In this document: positions 1 to 10,385 of the stretch, one piece after another | How positions within the stretch are numbered: position 1 is the stretch's first letter | How the letters are laid out: each line of letters starts with the position of its first letter | Assembly (NCBI RefSeq): GCF_965641715.1 | Contig: NZ_OZ282453.1 | Strand: one strand, 5' to 3' | Length of the DNA stretch: 64,000 bases | From: Escherichia coli | Lineage (GTDB): Bacteria; Pseudomonadota; Gammaproteobacteria; Enterobacterales; Enterobacteriaceae | Position numbers and translations under genes: made by a program | Notes under the pieces: model-generated | Seen by the model: the letters and a program-made list of their open reading frames with translations, nothing else | What the model was told of the DNA's origin: nothing | Database searches by the model: none

Positions 1-76
1 TTTCACCGCATTTCATTGCAACAATTATGAAACAAGGCTAAACCCAATATTCGGTTTCTTAACTTTGCGGTGCGCT

Positions 77-1663
77 ATGGCACATCCACCACGGCTGAAT
101 GACGACAAACCGGTTATCTGGACGGTATCTGTAACGCGCCTGTTCGAGCTGTTTCGCGATATCAGCCTCGAGTTTGATCACCTGGCGAACATTACCCCTA
201 TTCAGCTTGGCTTTGAAAAAGCAGTGACCTACATCCGCAAGAAACTGGCAAACGAACGCTGTGACGCCATCATCGCTGCTGGCTCTAACGGCGCGTACCT
301 GAAAAGCCGCCTATCAGTGCCAGTTATTTTGATTAAACCGAGCGGCTACGATGTGTTACAGGCACTGGCAAAAGCCGGAAAACTCACCTCTTCTATCGGC
401 GTTGTCACTTATCAGGAAACTATTCCGGCACTGGTGGCGTTTCAAAAAACCTTTAATTTGCGCCTCGATCAACGTAGCTACATTACCGAGGAAGACGCAC
501 GCGGGCAGATTAACGAGCTAAAAGCTAACGGCACCGAAGCGGTGGTCGGTGCGGGGCTGATTACCGATCTGGCAGAAGAAGCCGGAATGACCGGAATTTT
601 TATCTATTCCGCCGCCACCGTGCGCCAGGCGTTCAGCGATGCGCTGGATATGACGCGCATGTCGTTACGCCATAACACTCACGATGCCACCCGCAACGCC
701 CTGAGAACTCGTTACGTGCTGGGCGATATGCTCGGTCAATCACCACAGATGGAACAAGTACGGCAGACTATTTTGCTGTATGCCCGCTCCAGTGCAGCGG
801 TGTTGATTGAGGGGGAAACGGGGACGGGCAAAGAGCTGGCGGCCCAGGCAATTCATCGGGAATATTTTGCCCGCCACGATGCGCGACAGGGCAAAAAGTC
901 GCATCCGTTTGTTGCCGTCAACTGCGGGGCGATTGCCGAATCGCTGCTGGAAGCGGAGCTGTTTGGCTATGAGGAAGGGGCGTTTACCGGCTCGCGACGC
1001 GGAGGTCGTGCCGGGCTGTTTGAAATCGCCCACGGTGGCACGCTGTTTTTGGATGAGATTGGCGAAATGCCGCTACCTTTGCAGACCCGGCTGCTGCGGG
1101 TGCTGGAAGAAAAAGAGGTCACCCGCGTCGGCGGGCATCAGCCTGTTCCGGTGGATGTACGGGTCATTAGCGCCACTCACTGCAATCTGGAAGAAGATAT
1201 GCGGCAAGGGCAGTTTCGCCGTGACCTGTTTTATCGGCTGAGTATTTTGCGTCTGCAATTGCCACCACTGCGCGAGCGGGTGGCGGATATTCTTCCGCTG
1301 GCGGAAAGCTTTTTGAAAGTGTCTCTGGCGGCGCTCTCCGCCCCGTTTTCTGCCGCATTACGCCAGGGATTACAGGCAAGCGAAACCGTGCTGGTGCACT
1401 ACGACTGGCCGGGCAATATTCGAGAACTGCGCAATATGATGGAGCGACTGGCGCTGTTTTTAAGTGTGGAACCGACGCCGGATTTAACGCCGCAGTTTTT
1501 GCAGCTGCTACTGCCGGAGCTGGCGCGCGAGTCGGCGAAAATTCCCGCTCCACGCTTACTGACACCACAACAGGCACTGGAGAAATTTAAAGGCGATAAA
1601 ACAGCAGCGGCGAATTATTTAGGCATCAGCCGGACGACGTTCTGGCGGCGGCTGAAAAACTGA
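77..1663 (+). CDS. prpR: Sigma-54-dependent propionate catabolism regulator PrpR
   Basis: 528 aa from first ATG inside tool ORF 65..1663; N-terminus [20 protein letters not shown]+ Walker A GETGTGKE and GAFTG sigma-54 contact motif; C-terminal HTH. Confidence 0.9.
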   Translation: MAHPPRLNDDKPVIWTVSVTRLFELFRDISLEFDHLANITPIQLGFEKAVTYIRKKLANERCDAIIAAGSNGAYLKSRLSVPVILIKPSGYDVLQALAKAGKLTSSIGVVTYQETIPALVAFQKTFNLRLDQRSYITEEDARGQINELKANGTEAVVGAGLITDLAEEAGMTGIFIYSAATVRQAFSDALDMTRMSLRHNTHDATRNALRTRYVLGDMLGQSPQMEQVRQTILLYARSSAAVLIEGETGTGKELAAQAIHREYFARHDARQGKKSHPFVAVNCGAIAESLLEAELFGYEEGAFTGSRRGGRAGLFEIAHGGTLFLDEIGEMPLPLQTRLLRVLEEKEVTRVGGHQPVPVDVRVISATHCNLEEDMRQGQFRRDLFYRLSILRLQLPPLRERVADILPLAESFLKVSLAALSAPFSAALRQGLQASETVLVHYDWPGNIRELRNMMERLALFLSVEPTPDLTPQFLQLLLPELARESAKIPAPRLLTPQQALEKFKGDKTAAANYLGISRTTFWRRLKN

Positions 1664-1665
1664 AC

Positions 1666-1697
1666 TGCCGAATGCAGCGCGAACGCTTTATCCGGCA
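1666..1697. repeat. Single REP-like palindromic unit between convergent prpR and yahO
   Basis: tgccgaatgcagcgcgaacgctttatccggca closely resembles one palindrome of the REP units in the array at 8409..8953. Confidence 0.55.
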
Positions 1698-1763
1698 TAA
1701 ATTTCAATAGATGATGATCACCGATAAACTTACGCATCGGGGATGTTTACATAGGGTTCAGAA

Positions 1764-2039
1764 TTACTTCTTCTTATAAATATTTGCCGTGCCGTGGATC
1801 TTATTGTCAGTTTGACCGGAGGTCAGTACCAACACATCAGCCCCTTTTTCATCCGCTTTTTTGATCAAATCCTCTTTCGCATCTGCGGTCGACATTTCAT
1901 TACTGGTTGAAATATCACCTATTTTTTCATATTGCGATTCGACTTTTTCAAATTCCGCTTTAGTCATCAATTCAGCGGCATAGACATTGGTAACGGCAAA
2001 CGCTAACGCACCGACTAACATTTTAGAGATTATTTTCAT
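1764..2039 (-). CDS. yahO: Small periplasmic protein YahO (DUF1471/YhcN family)
   Basis: 91 aa with N-terminal signal peptide [21 protein letters not shown]; matches remembered YahO. Confidence 0.85.
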   Translation of the reverse strand: MKIISKMLVGALAFAVTNVYAAELMTKAEFEKVESQYEKIGDISTSNEMSTADAKEDLIKKADEKGADVLVLTSGQTDNKIHGTANIYKKK

Positions 2040-2185
2040 ATTACGGCTCCAGAGTTGTTATCACACTATCACCCACCCACATTATTGGGTTGATTAATAA
2101 TTAGTTCAGTCAAGGCATAAACGCCAGTAACCGGAAATAAGACACTTTGTGATCTCTCTCGCACCCGATTATTTTTGGTAGAAAT

Positions 2186-2857
2186 ATGATGAAGTTACTT
2201 CACTTATTTATGGATGAAATCACTATGGATCCTTTGCACGCCGTTTACCTGACCGTAGGACTGTTCGTGATTACTTTTTTTAATCCGGGAGCCAATCTCT
2301 TTGTGGTAGTACAAACCAGCCTGGCTTCCGGTCGACGCGCAGGGGTGCTGACCGGGCTGGGCGTGGCGCTGGGCGATGCATTTTATTCCGGGTTGGGTTT
2401 GTTTGGTCTTGCAACGCTAATTACGCAGTGTGAGGAGATTTTTTCGCTTATCAGAATCGTCGGCGGCGCTTATCTCTTATGGTTTGCGTGGTGCAGCATG
2501 CGCCGCCAGTCAACACCGCAAATGAGCACACTACAACAACCGATTAGCGCCCCCTGGTATGTCTTTTTTCGCCGTGGATTAATTACCGATCTCTCTAACC
2601 CACAAACCGTTTTATTTTTTATTAGTATTTTCTCAGTAACATTAAATGCCGAAACACCAACATGGGCACGTTTAATGGCCTGGGCGGGGATTGTGCTCGC
2701 ATCAATTATCTGGCGAGTTTTTCTTAGTCAGGCGTTTTCTTTGCCCGCTGTGCGTCGTGCTTATGGGCGTATGCAACGCGTTGCCAGTCGGGTTATTGGT
2801 GCAATTATTGGTGTATTCGCGCTACGCCTGATTTACGAAGGTGTGACGCAGCGGTGA
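2186..2857 (+). CDS. yahN: LysE/RhtB-family amino-acid exporter
   Basis: 223-aa hydrophobic multi-TM protein, matches remembered YahN. Confidence 0.85.
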   Translation: MMKLLHLFMDEITMDPLHAVYLTVGLFVITFFNPGANLFVVVQTSLASGRRAGVLTGLGVALGDAFYSGLGLFGLATLITQCEEIFSLIRIVGGAYLLWFAWCSMRRQSTPQMSTLQQPISAPWYVFFRRGLITDLSNPQTVLFFISIFSVTLNAETPTWARLMAWAGIVLASIIWRVFLSQAFSLPAVRRAYGRMQRVASRVIGAIIGVFALRLIYEGVTQR

Positions 2858-2873
2858 GCAGATAATTTACTCT

Positions 2874-3119
2874 CTACGTAATCAACCTGATTTGCCGAAT
2901 CCCGACCATCGGCGATGATAGCCCCCGTAATGCGTGGTCCTTATTTCCGATAAGTTTACTTGAGTCTTTAGCTTCCCATTTCAGCCCACTCTCCCCTGTG
3001 TGGGCTTTTTTCATTGGTCTGACCCGTCCTGAATAGCCAAACAATGGCAATGTTCCACTTTGCAGGGATGATAATAAGGGGATCTGATTCAGAAGAGTTT
3101 TGAAAAGTTGGACCGCCAT
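2874..3119 (-). CDS. yahM: Small uncharacterised protein YahM
   Basis: 81 aa from internal ATG of tool ORF 2874..3149; no recognisable motif; the yahN terminator hairpin lies on its antisense strand. Confidence 0.45.
   Translation of the reverse strand: MAVQLFKTLLNQIPLLSSLQSGTLPLFGYSGRVRPMKKAHTGESGLKWEAKDSSKLIGNKDHALRGLSSPMVGIRQIRLIT
2984..3011 (+). terminator. Intrinsic terminator downstream of yahN
   Basis: perfect 6-bp stem gcccac/gtgggc, 10-nt loop, then TTTTTT; about 125 nt after the yahN stop. Confidence 0.55.
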
Positions 3120-3531
3120 CGAGGCCTCGAACCCCGTACCATACAACAATCCTGGTTGTCGTCTGCTCTTCCTGATGAGCTAATGGCGGTTTTTGATATG
3201 AGCCTTACAGCATATTTTCTGTCAGGCTTGAGTGCGATGCGTAAGGTACAGAAAAGACCCCACACAAACATGATGGAATTATGATTTTTTTCATATGAAT
3301 GTCAACCCACACATTCACAAAACATCTGCATGAGATCATTTTTTATACACCGCATGGCTGCGAAACCACTACTGGTGCTTTTTTAAGCGAAGCGTCGCCG
3401 ATCACAACAAAATATCGGCGAAAAAGGCGGTGGAATGCCATTTGGCATACGGATATACAGATGAAATGATTACCTGCATTGCGATTCACTCTCTGGTGGA
3501 ATAACAACTTGCAGGTGGAACCCTTTCTGAA

Positions 3532-4347
3532 CTAAAGAGTGTAGCGGATTTTAACGTGCTTATTTACAGGATAATATCTGTCACCTAATTCCTGGACTCT
3601 ATTAGATATCCATTCATTTAATCGCGCATCATCTCTGTATGTTTTTACGTCCAGAACAGAGAGCAATAACATCACCAGTGATTCAGGAAAAACAGGGTAG
3701 ATATTTTTTAAGTGTAATAATAATCCATGCGCAAGTGCCTGCTTAATGGGCGCGTCTGTCTCCGGAATAGACGACATTTCGCGAAGCCATTTTTCCACAT
3801 GCATACACTCTTTCCCTTTAGGGAAAATTCTCAGCAAAGGCATATGGTGTTCAAGAAGAATACATTTGCAATCTGTTCGCACTGAATCGATAAACTGCAC
3901 TAATTTCTTAAGCCCGGTAAAGCGTCCAGCCTGCACGTTTGCTTTAATATCAAGAAACGCATCATCCTGGTCATATACCCAAACTGTCCCTTTTTGATTT
4001 TCAAGTATGCGAAAAACAAACTTAACCGGGTGATCAGGGTAATCCATCCAGTCATAAAATCCAGGGAAATCATTAAACTGCACATTTATGGTGAGTGCGT
4101 TATCGTCTGACCACTCACAGTCTCGTACGGCAGCCATGAGATGAATGAGTTTGTCGTCATCGACTAAATCATCACGACAATCATAAGGATAATCATAATA
4201 TTGTTTAATCAAAACCTTGAATATATCGACACAGGAAACCAGGGAGCTTTTGATATCCTCTGGTAACTGATTGTTTTTAACCGTATTAAGTATGCTTTGT
4301 TGCGTATATGGCATCAAATTATTGTGCGGAGCTTTTAATGATATCAT
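3532..4347 (-). CDS. yahL: Uncharacterised protein YahL
   Basis: 271-aa ORF with AT-rich codon usage; no recognised motif; position matches K-12 yahL. Confidence 0.7.
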   Translation of the reverse strand: MISLKAPHNNLMPYTQQSILNTVKNNQLPEDIKSSLVSCVDIFKVLIKQYYDYPYDCRDDLVDDDKLIHLMAAVRDCEWSDDNALTINVQFNDFPGFYDWMDYPDHPVKFVFRILENQKGTVWVYDQDDAFLDIKANVQAGRFTGLKKLVQFIDSVRTDCKCILLEHHMPLLRIFPKGKECMHVEKWLREMSSIPETDAPIKQALAHGLLLHLKNIYPVFPESLVMLLLSVLDVKTYRDDARLNEWISNRVQELGDRYYPVNKHVKIRYTL

Positions 4348-4589
4348 CGCGATCTCTCTTAAATAAAAATAAACGTCGCAGATAATAAAGCTCTGATTAA
4401 ACCAGGCACTATCAGAAATCGCTCATAACTAACGTGTGAAGTATTGTGTACTGGAGGGAGTTAATTTAACAATTTGAATTTACGTTATAGGTTTTACTGC
4501 TACTTTGATATTATTTCGCTCTCCTTAACTAAAAAGTTAAGTGGAGAGCGAAGTTAATATGTTAAACCACAGGGTATTTATTAATTTTT

Positions 4590-5639
4590 TCAGTCTGTTA
4601 GTGTGCGATTATCGATAACAAAACGATATTTCACATCACCACGCAGCATTCGCTCATAGGCTTCATTAATTTGATCGGCCCGAATCATCTCTATATCAGC
4701 CACGATGCCATGTTCGGCGCAAAAATCGAGCATCTCCTGAGTTTCTGGAATGCCGCCAATCATAGAACCGGCTATCGCACGGCGTTTCATGATCAGGTTG
4801 AAAACTTCCGGCGATTTATGCGGTGTCGCAGGCGCACCAACCAGCGTCATGGTACCATCACGCTTCAGCAAGGTGGTAAAATCGTCGAGATTATGTGGCG
4901 CAGCTACTGTATTCAAAATGAAATCGAAACTCTTCAGATGAGCCGCCATCTCATCGGCATTGCGTGAGTTAACAACTTCATCGGCCCCCAGGGCTTTTGC
5001 CGCTTCGCGTTTTGCCTCAGAAGTGGTAAATGCCACCACATGTGCCCCCATCGCGTGGGCCAGCTTAATCCCCATATGTCCCAGACCGCCGATGCCGACC
5101 ACGCCCACTTTTTTACCCGGCCCGGCCTGCCAGTGACGTAGCGGCGAATACGTGGTGATCCCTGCACACAACAAAGGAGCCACCGCCGCCAGCTGCTCTT
5201 GCGGGTGACGAATACGCAGAACATATCGCTCATGAACGACGATCTGTTGTGAGTAGCCGCCCAGCGTATGGCCCGGTTCGTCCGGCGTCGGCGAGTTATA
5301 GGTGCCGGTCATGTGATCACAGTAGTTTTCCAGCCCGTCTTCACACTCTTCGCAATGTTTACAACTGTCGACAATGCAGCCGACACCGACCAGATCGCCC
5401 AGCGCATGTTTTTCTACCTGATCACCAACGGCTACCACACGCCCCACAATTTCATGACCCGGCACGCAGGGGTAAACCGTCCCCGCCCACTCGGAACGGA
5501 CCTGGTGGAGATCGGAATGGCAGACGCCACAGTAAGCGATTTCGATTTTGACATCATTCGGTCCCGGTTCACGCCGGGTGATATCCATCGGTTCAAGTGG
5601 TTGTTTAGCGGAATATGCACCAACAGCTTTGATCTTCAT
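4590..5639 (-). CDS. yahK: Zn-dependent NADPH aldehyde reductase (cinnamyl-alcohol dehydrogenase family)
   Basis: 349 aa; Zn ligand motifs GHEIVG and CxxCxxC (CKHCEEC); Rossmann motif GVVGIGGLGH. Confidence 0.9.
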   Translation of the reverse strand: MKIKAVGAYSAKQPLEPMDITRREPGPNDVKIEIAYCGVCHSDLHQVRSEWAGTVYPCVPGHEIVGRVVAVGDQVEKHALGDLVGVGCIVDSCKHCEECEDGLENYCDHMTGTYNSPTPDEPGHTLGGYSQQIVVHERYVLRIRHPQEQLAAVAPLLCAGITTYSPLRHWQAGPGKKVGVVGIGGLGHMGIKLAHAMGAHVVAFTTSEAKREAAKALGADEVVNSRNADEMAAHLKSFDFILNTVAAPHNLDDFTTLLKRDGTMTLVGAPATPHKSPEVFNLIMKRRAIAGSMIGGIPETQEMLDFCAEHGIVADIEMIRADQINEAYERMLRGDVKYRFVIDNRTLTD

Positions 5640-6015
5640 TGTGTTTACTCCTGATTAGCTATGTGTATTTGGCGACGCCTGATATGTCATCGCGGCAAAA
5701 CGCGTCCATTGAATATAGCCAATATTTAAACCACCCGATCCAGCCCCAACATGCCGCGAGCCTGAATGAAACAGAGCAGCAACGTTCCCCATAAGGCGAG
5801 CGCCTATAAGTGTGATATTTGCTATCCGTAAAAGACTAAAATCGGCAAAACTGATGATCTTTTCACGTAGACAAATAGTTATCTACACAACGTCAATAAG
5901 GGCATATTCCTCAAAGATAATGTCCATTTCTGCCGACACACTCATATTCAGATTGCCCCACTCCCTGGGGCTTAAATCTCTTACTATTCACCGTTGCAGG
6001 CGTTTCAAATGCGCA

Positions 6016-7398
6016 TCAACCTGCCACACTCCCCCACACCAGTTGCCCTTTATGGAACGTTGCGGTTCTCGGCGAGATACGCGCCACCGCCTCGGCGGAA
6101 CAGGAGGCGTCCACCAGCACAAAGCTGGCGTCATCCTGCGCTTTTGGCCATACACGCTCGCCTTTTTCATTCAGCGGCAATACATCGCCAGTGGCTAAAA
6201 ACAGCGAACGGGAGAGGTTCTGTTCGTTAGGACGAATATAGAGCTGCGCGTAGAGATTGGCTTTTTCCAGCATGTCGCCCAGACCATAAGGCGACCAGTG
6301 GTCGATAACGCTGTCAGTGCCAGTCATCACTTTTACGCCTTTGTCGTGCAACTGTTTGAGCGGCATATGCAGCGTGCCAATCGGCACTGTCGAGGCGATA
6401 GAAATTTGCTGCACCGCCATCCGGTGCGCCAGTTCATCTACCTGTTGTTCGTTGAGCGTTGCCAGCGCAAAGGCGTGGCTGATGGTCAGCTTGCCCTTCA
6501 GCTGTGGCGTTTTCTCTACCGTTTCAACCATATAATTGATGGCCGCCACGCCTGCCGGAGTGGTTTCGTGCAGGTGAATATCGACGCCTTTGTCGTAGTC
6601 CAGCGCAATCTGGAACATGGTGTCGAGGGATTTTTCCATCGCGCCATCAACACTGGTCGGGTCCAGGCCGCCGACGTAATGCGCCCCCGCCTGCATCGCT
6701 TCACGCATCAAAGGTTCAGATTTCGACAGCAGCAAACCGTGCTGCGGGAAGGCGACGATTTCACACTCAAAGCCCGCCTGACGTCGCGCCAGCACCGCCT
6801 GCAAATTTTGCAGATTTTTCAGGCCGGAAACCGGTTCGATATTGCAGTGGCTGCGGGCAATGGTGGTGCCTTTCGACTGCAATAAATCAATCAGTTTTTC
6901 TGCCCGCTCCTGAGTGTACGGTTGCAGCTCCGGCAGCATTTTCTGCTCGAGTTTGATCATGTCCTGGATGGTGGTGCCTGCCGGACGATTGAGCGAGCGC
7001 CACGGCCCGCCGTAGAAGGTTTTGTCGAGATGAATATGCATGTCGCGGGTGGTGGGCAGCATCAGCTTACCGCCAGCGTCATAGTGCGGCAGCGTGGCGT
7101 CCGGATGCTGCTTGTTCTCGCGCAGGGCGACAATTTTGCCGTCCTGAATCTCCACGGTCTGGCGCGCCGTGCGGGTCTGCACCGCCACACCATTTTCGTA
7201 GTCAAAACCGGTTTCCAGCAGCACGTTGTCGAGATAGTAATGCGGGTCAGTGATTTTCATGGTGTTGTTCGCTTCGCAGTTTAGGGTGCCAGCTACCGCC
7301 GCATGGGCGAGCGGCACAGAGGTACCAAACAGCGCGGCGGCGGTGACCATCTTACCGCTCTGGCTCAAAAACTCACGGCGGCTATTGTTTTCTTTCAT
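6016..7398 (-). CDS. yahJ: Amidohydrolase-superfamily deaminase with twin-arginine signal
   Basis: 460 aa; N-terminal SRREFLS Tat motif followed by hydrophobic stretch and AHA; metal-dependent amidohydrolase-like body. Confidence 0.85.
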   Translation of the reverse strand: MKENNSRREFLSQSGKMVTAAALFGTSVPLAHAAVAGTLNCEANNTMKITDPHYYLDNVLLETGFDYENGVAVQTRTARQTVEIQDGKIVALRENKQHPDATLPHYDAGGKLMLPTTRDMHIHLDKTFYGGPWRSLNRPAGTTIQDMIKLEQKMLPELQPYTQERAEKLIDLLQSKGTTIARSHCNIEPVSGLKNLQNLQAVLARRQAGFECEIVAFPQHGLLLSKSEPLMREAMQAGAHYVGGLDPTSVDGAMEKSLDTMFQIALDYDKGVDIHLHETTPAGVAAINYMVETVEKTPQLKGKLTISHAFALATLNEQQVDELAHRMAVQQISIASTVPIGTLHMPLKQLHDKGVKVMTGTDSVIDHWSPYGLGDMLEKANLYAQLYIRPNEQNLSRSLFLATGDVLPLNEKGERVWPKAQDDASFVLVDASCSAEAVARISPRTATFHKGQLVWGSVAG

Positions 7399-7407
7399 CT
7401 TACGTCC

Positions 7408-8358
7408 TTACGTTTTAATAATGTGGGTGCCCGTTTCACCGCGCAGCGCCGCTGGCAGGCATTCCGGCGTGGTGATAATCACTTCTTTACCGCCCTGTTC
7501 CAGGAACGTCAGGCTGGCGATGATTTTTGGCAACATGCTGCCGGGCGGGAAATGTCCTTCCTGCATATAGCGAGTCATGGTGGCAATATCCACCCGATCC
7601 AGCGCCTGCTGCTCGGGTTTGCCAAAATGAATACACACTTTTTCCACCCCGGTGGTGATCACCAGAATGTCGGCGTGAATTTCACGGGCCAGCAGCGCGG
7701 TAGAGAGATCTTTGTCGATAACCGCGTCCACGCTTTGGTAATCCCCCGCTTCAGTACGCACTACCGGAATTCCACCGCCGCCCGCGCCAATTACGACAAA
7801 ACCTTGTTGGATCAGCGCTTTAATGGCAGGTGCTTCGACAATACGTTTCGGTTCCGGCGAGGCGACCACGCGGCGATAGCCCCGCCCGGCATCTTCAACA
7901 AAACACCAGTCAGGGTTTGCCTTTTGTAATTCGTCACGCTGGCTTTCACTGAAGAATGCGCCGATGGGCTTGGTGGGATGGGCAAAACCTGGATCGTTTT
8001 TATCCACTTCCACCTGAGTCACCACGGTGACGGCTTTCTTCTCGCCGTGACGCGCCAGCCGGTTATTCAGCGCCTGTTGGATCAGATAGCCGATGCCGCC
8101 TTGCGTATCTGCCACACAGTTCGCCAGCGGCGTTAAGGGCAGCCCTTCGCGCTCGTGGGCAATCTCCGCACGGCGTAAATCCAGCCCGACCTGCGGCCCG
8201 TTACCGTGGGTCAGCACAATGTCGTAATCGGAAGCCAGCATTTCCAGCACCGTATCGGCGACGGCTTTCACCGCCTCCGCCTGATGCTCAATCGACTGGC
8301 TGGCGTTATCTTTGATAATGCTGTTGCCACCAATGGCAACGACCACAAGCTCTTTCAT
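7408..8358 (-). CDS. yahI: Carbamate kinase-like protein
   Basis: 316 aa; amino-acid kinase fold with N-terminal VVVAIGGNSI motif, matches remembered YahI. Confidence 0.85.
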   Translation of the reverse strand: MKELVVVAIGGNSIIKDNASQSIEHQAEAVKAVADTVLEMLASDYDIVLTHGNGPQVGLDLRRAEIAHEREGLPLTPLANCVADTQGGIGYLIQQALNNRLARHGEKKAVTVVTQVEVDKNDPGFAHPTKPIGAFFSESQRDELQKANPDWCFVEDAGRGYRRVVASPEPKRIVEAPAIKALIQQGFVVIGAGGGGIPVVRTEAGDYQSVDAVIDKDLSTALLAREIHADILVITTGVEKVCIHFGKPEQQALDRVDIATMTRYMQEGHFPPGSMLPKIIASLTFLEQGGKEVIITTPECLPAALRGETGTHIIKT

Positions 8359-8408
8359 GTTGTTATGTCCGCTACAGAGGGTGATGGGGTTATGACCAAC
8401 GCCAGACT

Positions 8409-8953
8409 GCCTGATGCGCTACGCTTATCAGGCCTACAAATTCTCGTGCCACTCGTGGGCCGGATAAGGCGTTCACGCCGCATCCGGCAATGGTGACAAA
8501 TGCCTGATGCGCTACGCTTATCAGGCCTACAAATTCTCGTGCCATTCGTGGGCCGGATAAGGCGTTCACGCCGCATCCGGCAATGGTGACAAATGCCTGA
8601 TGCGCTACGCTTATCAGGCCTACAAATTCTCGTGCCATTCGTGGGCCGGATAAGGCGTTCACGCCGCATCCGGCAATGGTGACAAATGCCTGATGCGCTA
8701 CGCTTATCAGGCCTACAAATTCTTGCGCCACTTGTAGGCCGGATAAGGCGTTCACGCCGCATCCGGCAATGGTGACAAATGCCTGATGCGCTACGCTTAT
8801 CAGGCCTACAAATTCTTGCGCCACTTGTAGGCCGGATAAGGCGTTCACGCCGCATCCGGCAATGGTGACAAATGCCTGATGCGCTACGCTTATCAGGCCT
8901 ACAGATTCTTGCGCCATTCGTAGGCCGGATAAGGCGTTCACGCCGCATCCGGC
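8409..8953. repeat. Tandem REP/BIME array, about six copies of a 93-bp unit
   Basis: unit starts at 8409, 8502, 8595, 8688, 8781 and 8874; each unit carries two imperfect palindromes; copies differ at a few positions. Confidence 0.9.
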
Positions 8954-8966
8954 ATGAACATGTAGG

Positions 8967-10385
8967 TCAGACGCCGTAACGTTCGCACCAGCCAAGAATG
9001 GCTTTCTCGAAGCAGGCAAAAGGTGGATGCACAATGCCCGCGCCAATCATGCCGACGCCCGCATCTTTATGGGCGATGGCGGTGTTGATCACTGGCAGAA
9101 TGCCGCTGCTACCCACGCGGGTGATGTCGATTGCCGACGGCACGCCCATAAAACCAAGCAGCGGAATGGTGACGTTGGGGTTTTCGCCAAGGGTGATTTC
9201 GCGCATCTGACGGGAGAAATCGATAGCCTCTTCCACCGTGCCACCCACCAGCGCGACGATTGCAGGCGCGGTCGCCATGGCAAATCCGCCAATACCGTAG
9301 GTTTCGGTGATGGCACTGTCGCCGATATCCAGCCCCGAATCTTCCGGCTTATAACCGGCAAACATCGGGCCGATCACCTGCTGCGCTGGGCCGGTAAACC
9401 ACTGCCCCGGCAGGCCGCTGACCCGCAGGCCGAACTCGACGCCGTTACGCGCCATGGTGGTAACGACGGTGCTGTATTCGATGCCGTGCGCCGCATCCAT
9501 CGCCGCTTTACACATCGCCATCCACGTCGGGCCGGAGAAGTAATCGCTACTGGCAACAAACTCAAACACTTCGCGCTGTTGCGCGACGGAATAGCCCGCC
9601 TGGATAATCCCCGGCGTCAGCGCCTGAATCAGCAGCGTCGTCCCGGCGTTATTGCGGTTATGGCACTCATCGCCCATATGCAGCGCCTGCGCCAGCATTA
9701 AGCGCAGATCGATTTCGCCGATAATTTTCATCGCATCGCGCAGTATTGGTCCCTGCACATCACGCATCCAGTTCAGGCGGTCAATCACGCTCTGGTCGTT
9801 AGCGCCCATACGCAAAATCTTCGCCATCTGCTCGCTCATGTTGGTATAAGCGATGTTGCCGTAGGTTTTGTTTTTTACGATGTGCATAAACATCGAGGCC
9901 GAGGTAACACCCGCCATCGATCCCACGCAGTCGTGCTCGTGACACGGCGAGAAGGTGATCTCCCCGGAAGCCGCCAGTTCAGCCGCCTCGTCGAGATCTT
10001 TCGCCAGTCCTTCGAACACCAGCGCTCCGGTGACCGCGCCTTTCATCGCGCCGCACATTTTTTCCCAGGTGATCGGCGGCCCGGCGTGAAGAATGGTTTT
10101 CGGCGTCATGCCCGGCACCACGTTAATCGCCTGATCAAAACCAATCAGCACCGGATGCGACTGGATAATGCGCTCCAGCGCCTGCTGGTTAGCGGCGGCG
10201 ATTTTGTCTGCCAGCGGCGAATCGGCAATGTTATCCAGCGCCTGCACCACCTGCATATTGCCCTGCCCCGGCGGCGTCCAGTCGAGTTGAGTCACTTCTA
10301 CATGCTGCTTTTTAAGAAAATCGCTAAACATGGCGATGCCGACGTTAATAACGTTCAATGGTTGGCTAAACAGTGACTGGCTCAT
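8967..10385 (-). CDS. yahG: DUF1116-family protein, YlbE-like
   Basis: 472-aa ORF, matches remembered YahG; 1-nt overlap with yahF. Confidence 0.8.
   Translation of the reverse strand: MSQSLFSQPLNVINVGIAMFSDFLKKQHVEVTQLDWTPPGQGNMQVVQALDNIADSPLADKIAAANQQALERIIQSHPVLIGFDQAINVVPGMTPKTILHAGPPITWEKMCGAMKGAVTGALVFEGLAKDLDEAAELAASGEITFSPCHEHDCVGSMAGVTSASMFMHIVKNKTYGNIAYTNMSEQMAKILRMGANDQSVIDRLNWMRDVQGPILRDAMKIIGEIDLRLMLAQALHMGDECHNRNNAGTTLLIQALTPGIIQAGYSVAQQREVFEFVASSDYFSGPTWMAMCKAAMDAAHGIEYSTVVTTMARNGVEFGLRVSGLPGQWFTGPAQQVIGPMFAGYKPEDSGLDIGDSAITETYGIGGFAMATAPAIVALVGGTVEEAIDFSRQMREITLGENPNVTIPLLGFMGVPSAIDITRVGSSGILPVINTAIAHKDAGVGMIGAGIVHPPFACFEKAILGWCERYGV

Noticed and set aside
4513-4548. Hairpin cgctctccttaac-N-gttaagtggagagcg downstream of yahK as a terminator
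   Set aside because: The stem is good (13 bp with a 2-nt bulge), but neither strand has a following U-run. Not called as an intrinsic terminator; it could still be an RNA-stabilising structure.
8409-8953. Possible CRISPR array, given regular direct repeats
   Set aside because: The repeats are contiguous 93-bp units with no unique spacers, each unit is a REP-type double palindrome, and there are no cas genes nearby. This is a BIME/REP array.
8355-9046. Two long repetitive minus-strand ORFs (197 aa and 218 aa) with reiterated MRRERLIRPT / AGCGVNALSG peptides
   Set aside because: They are translations of the 93-bp REP array (period = 31 codons) between yahG and yahI. There is no RBS and no protein-like composition; they are phantom ORFs of the yahH type.
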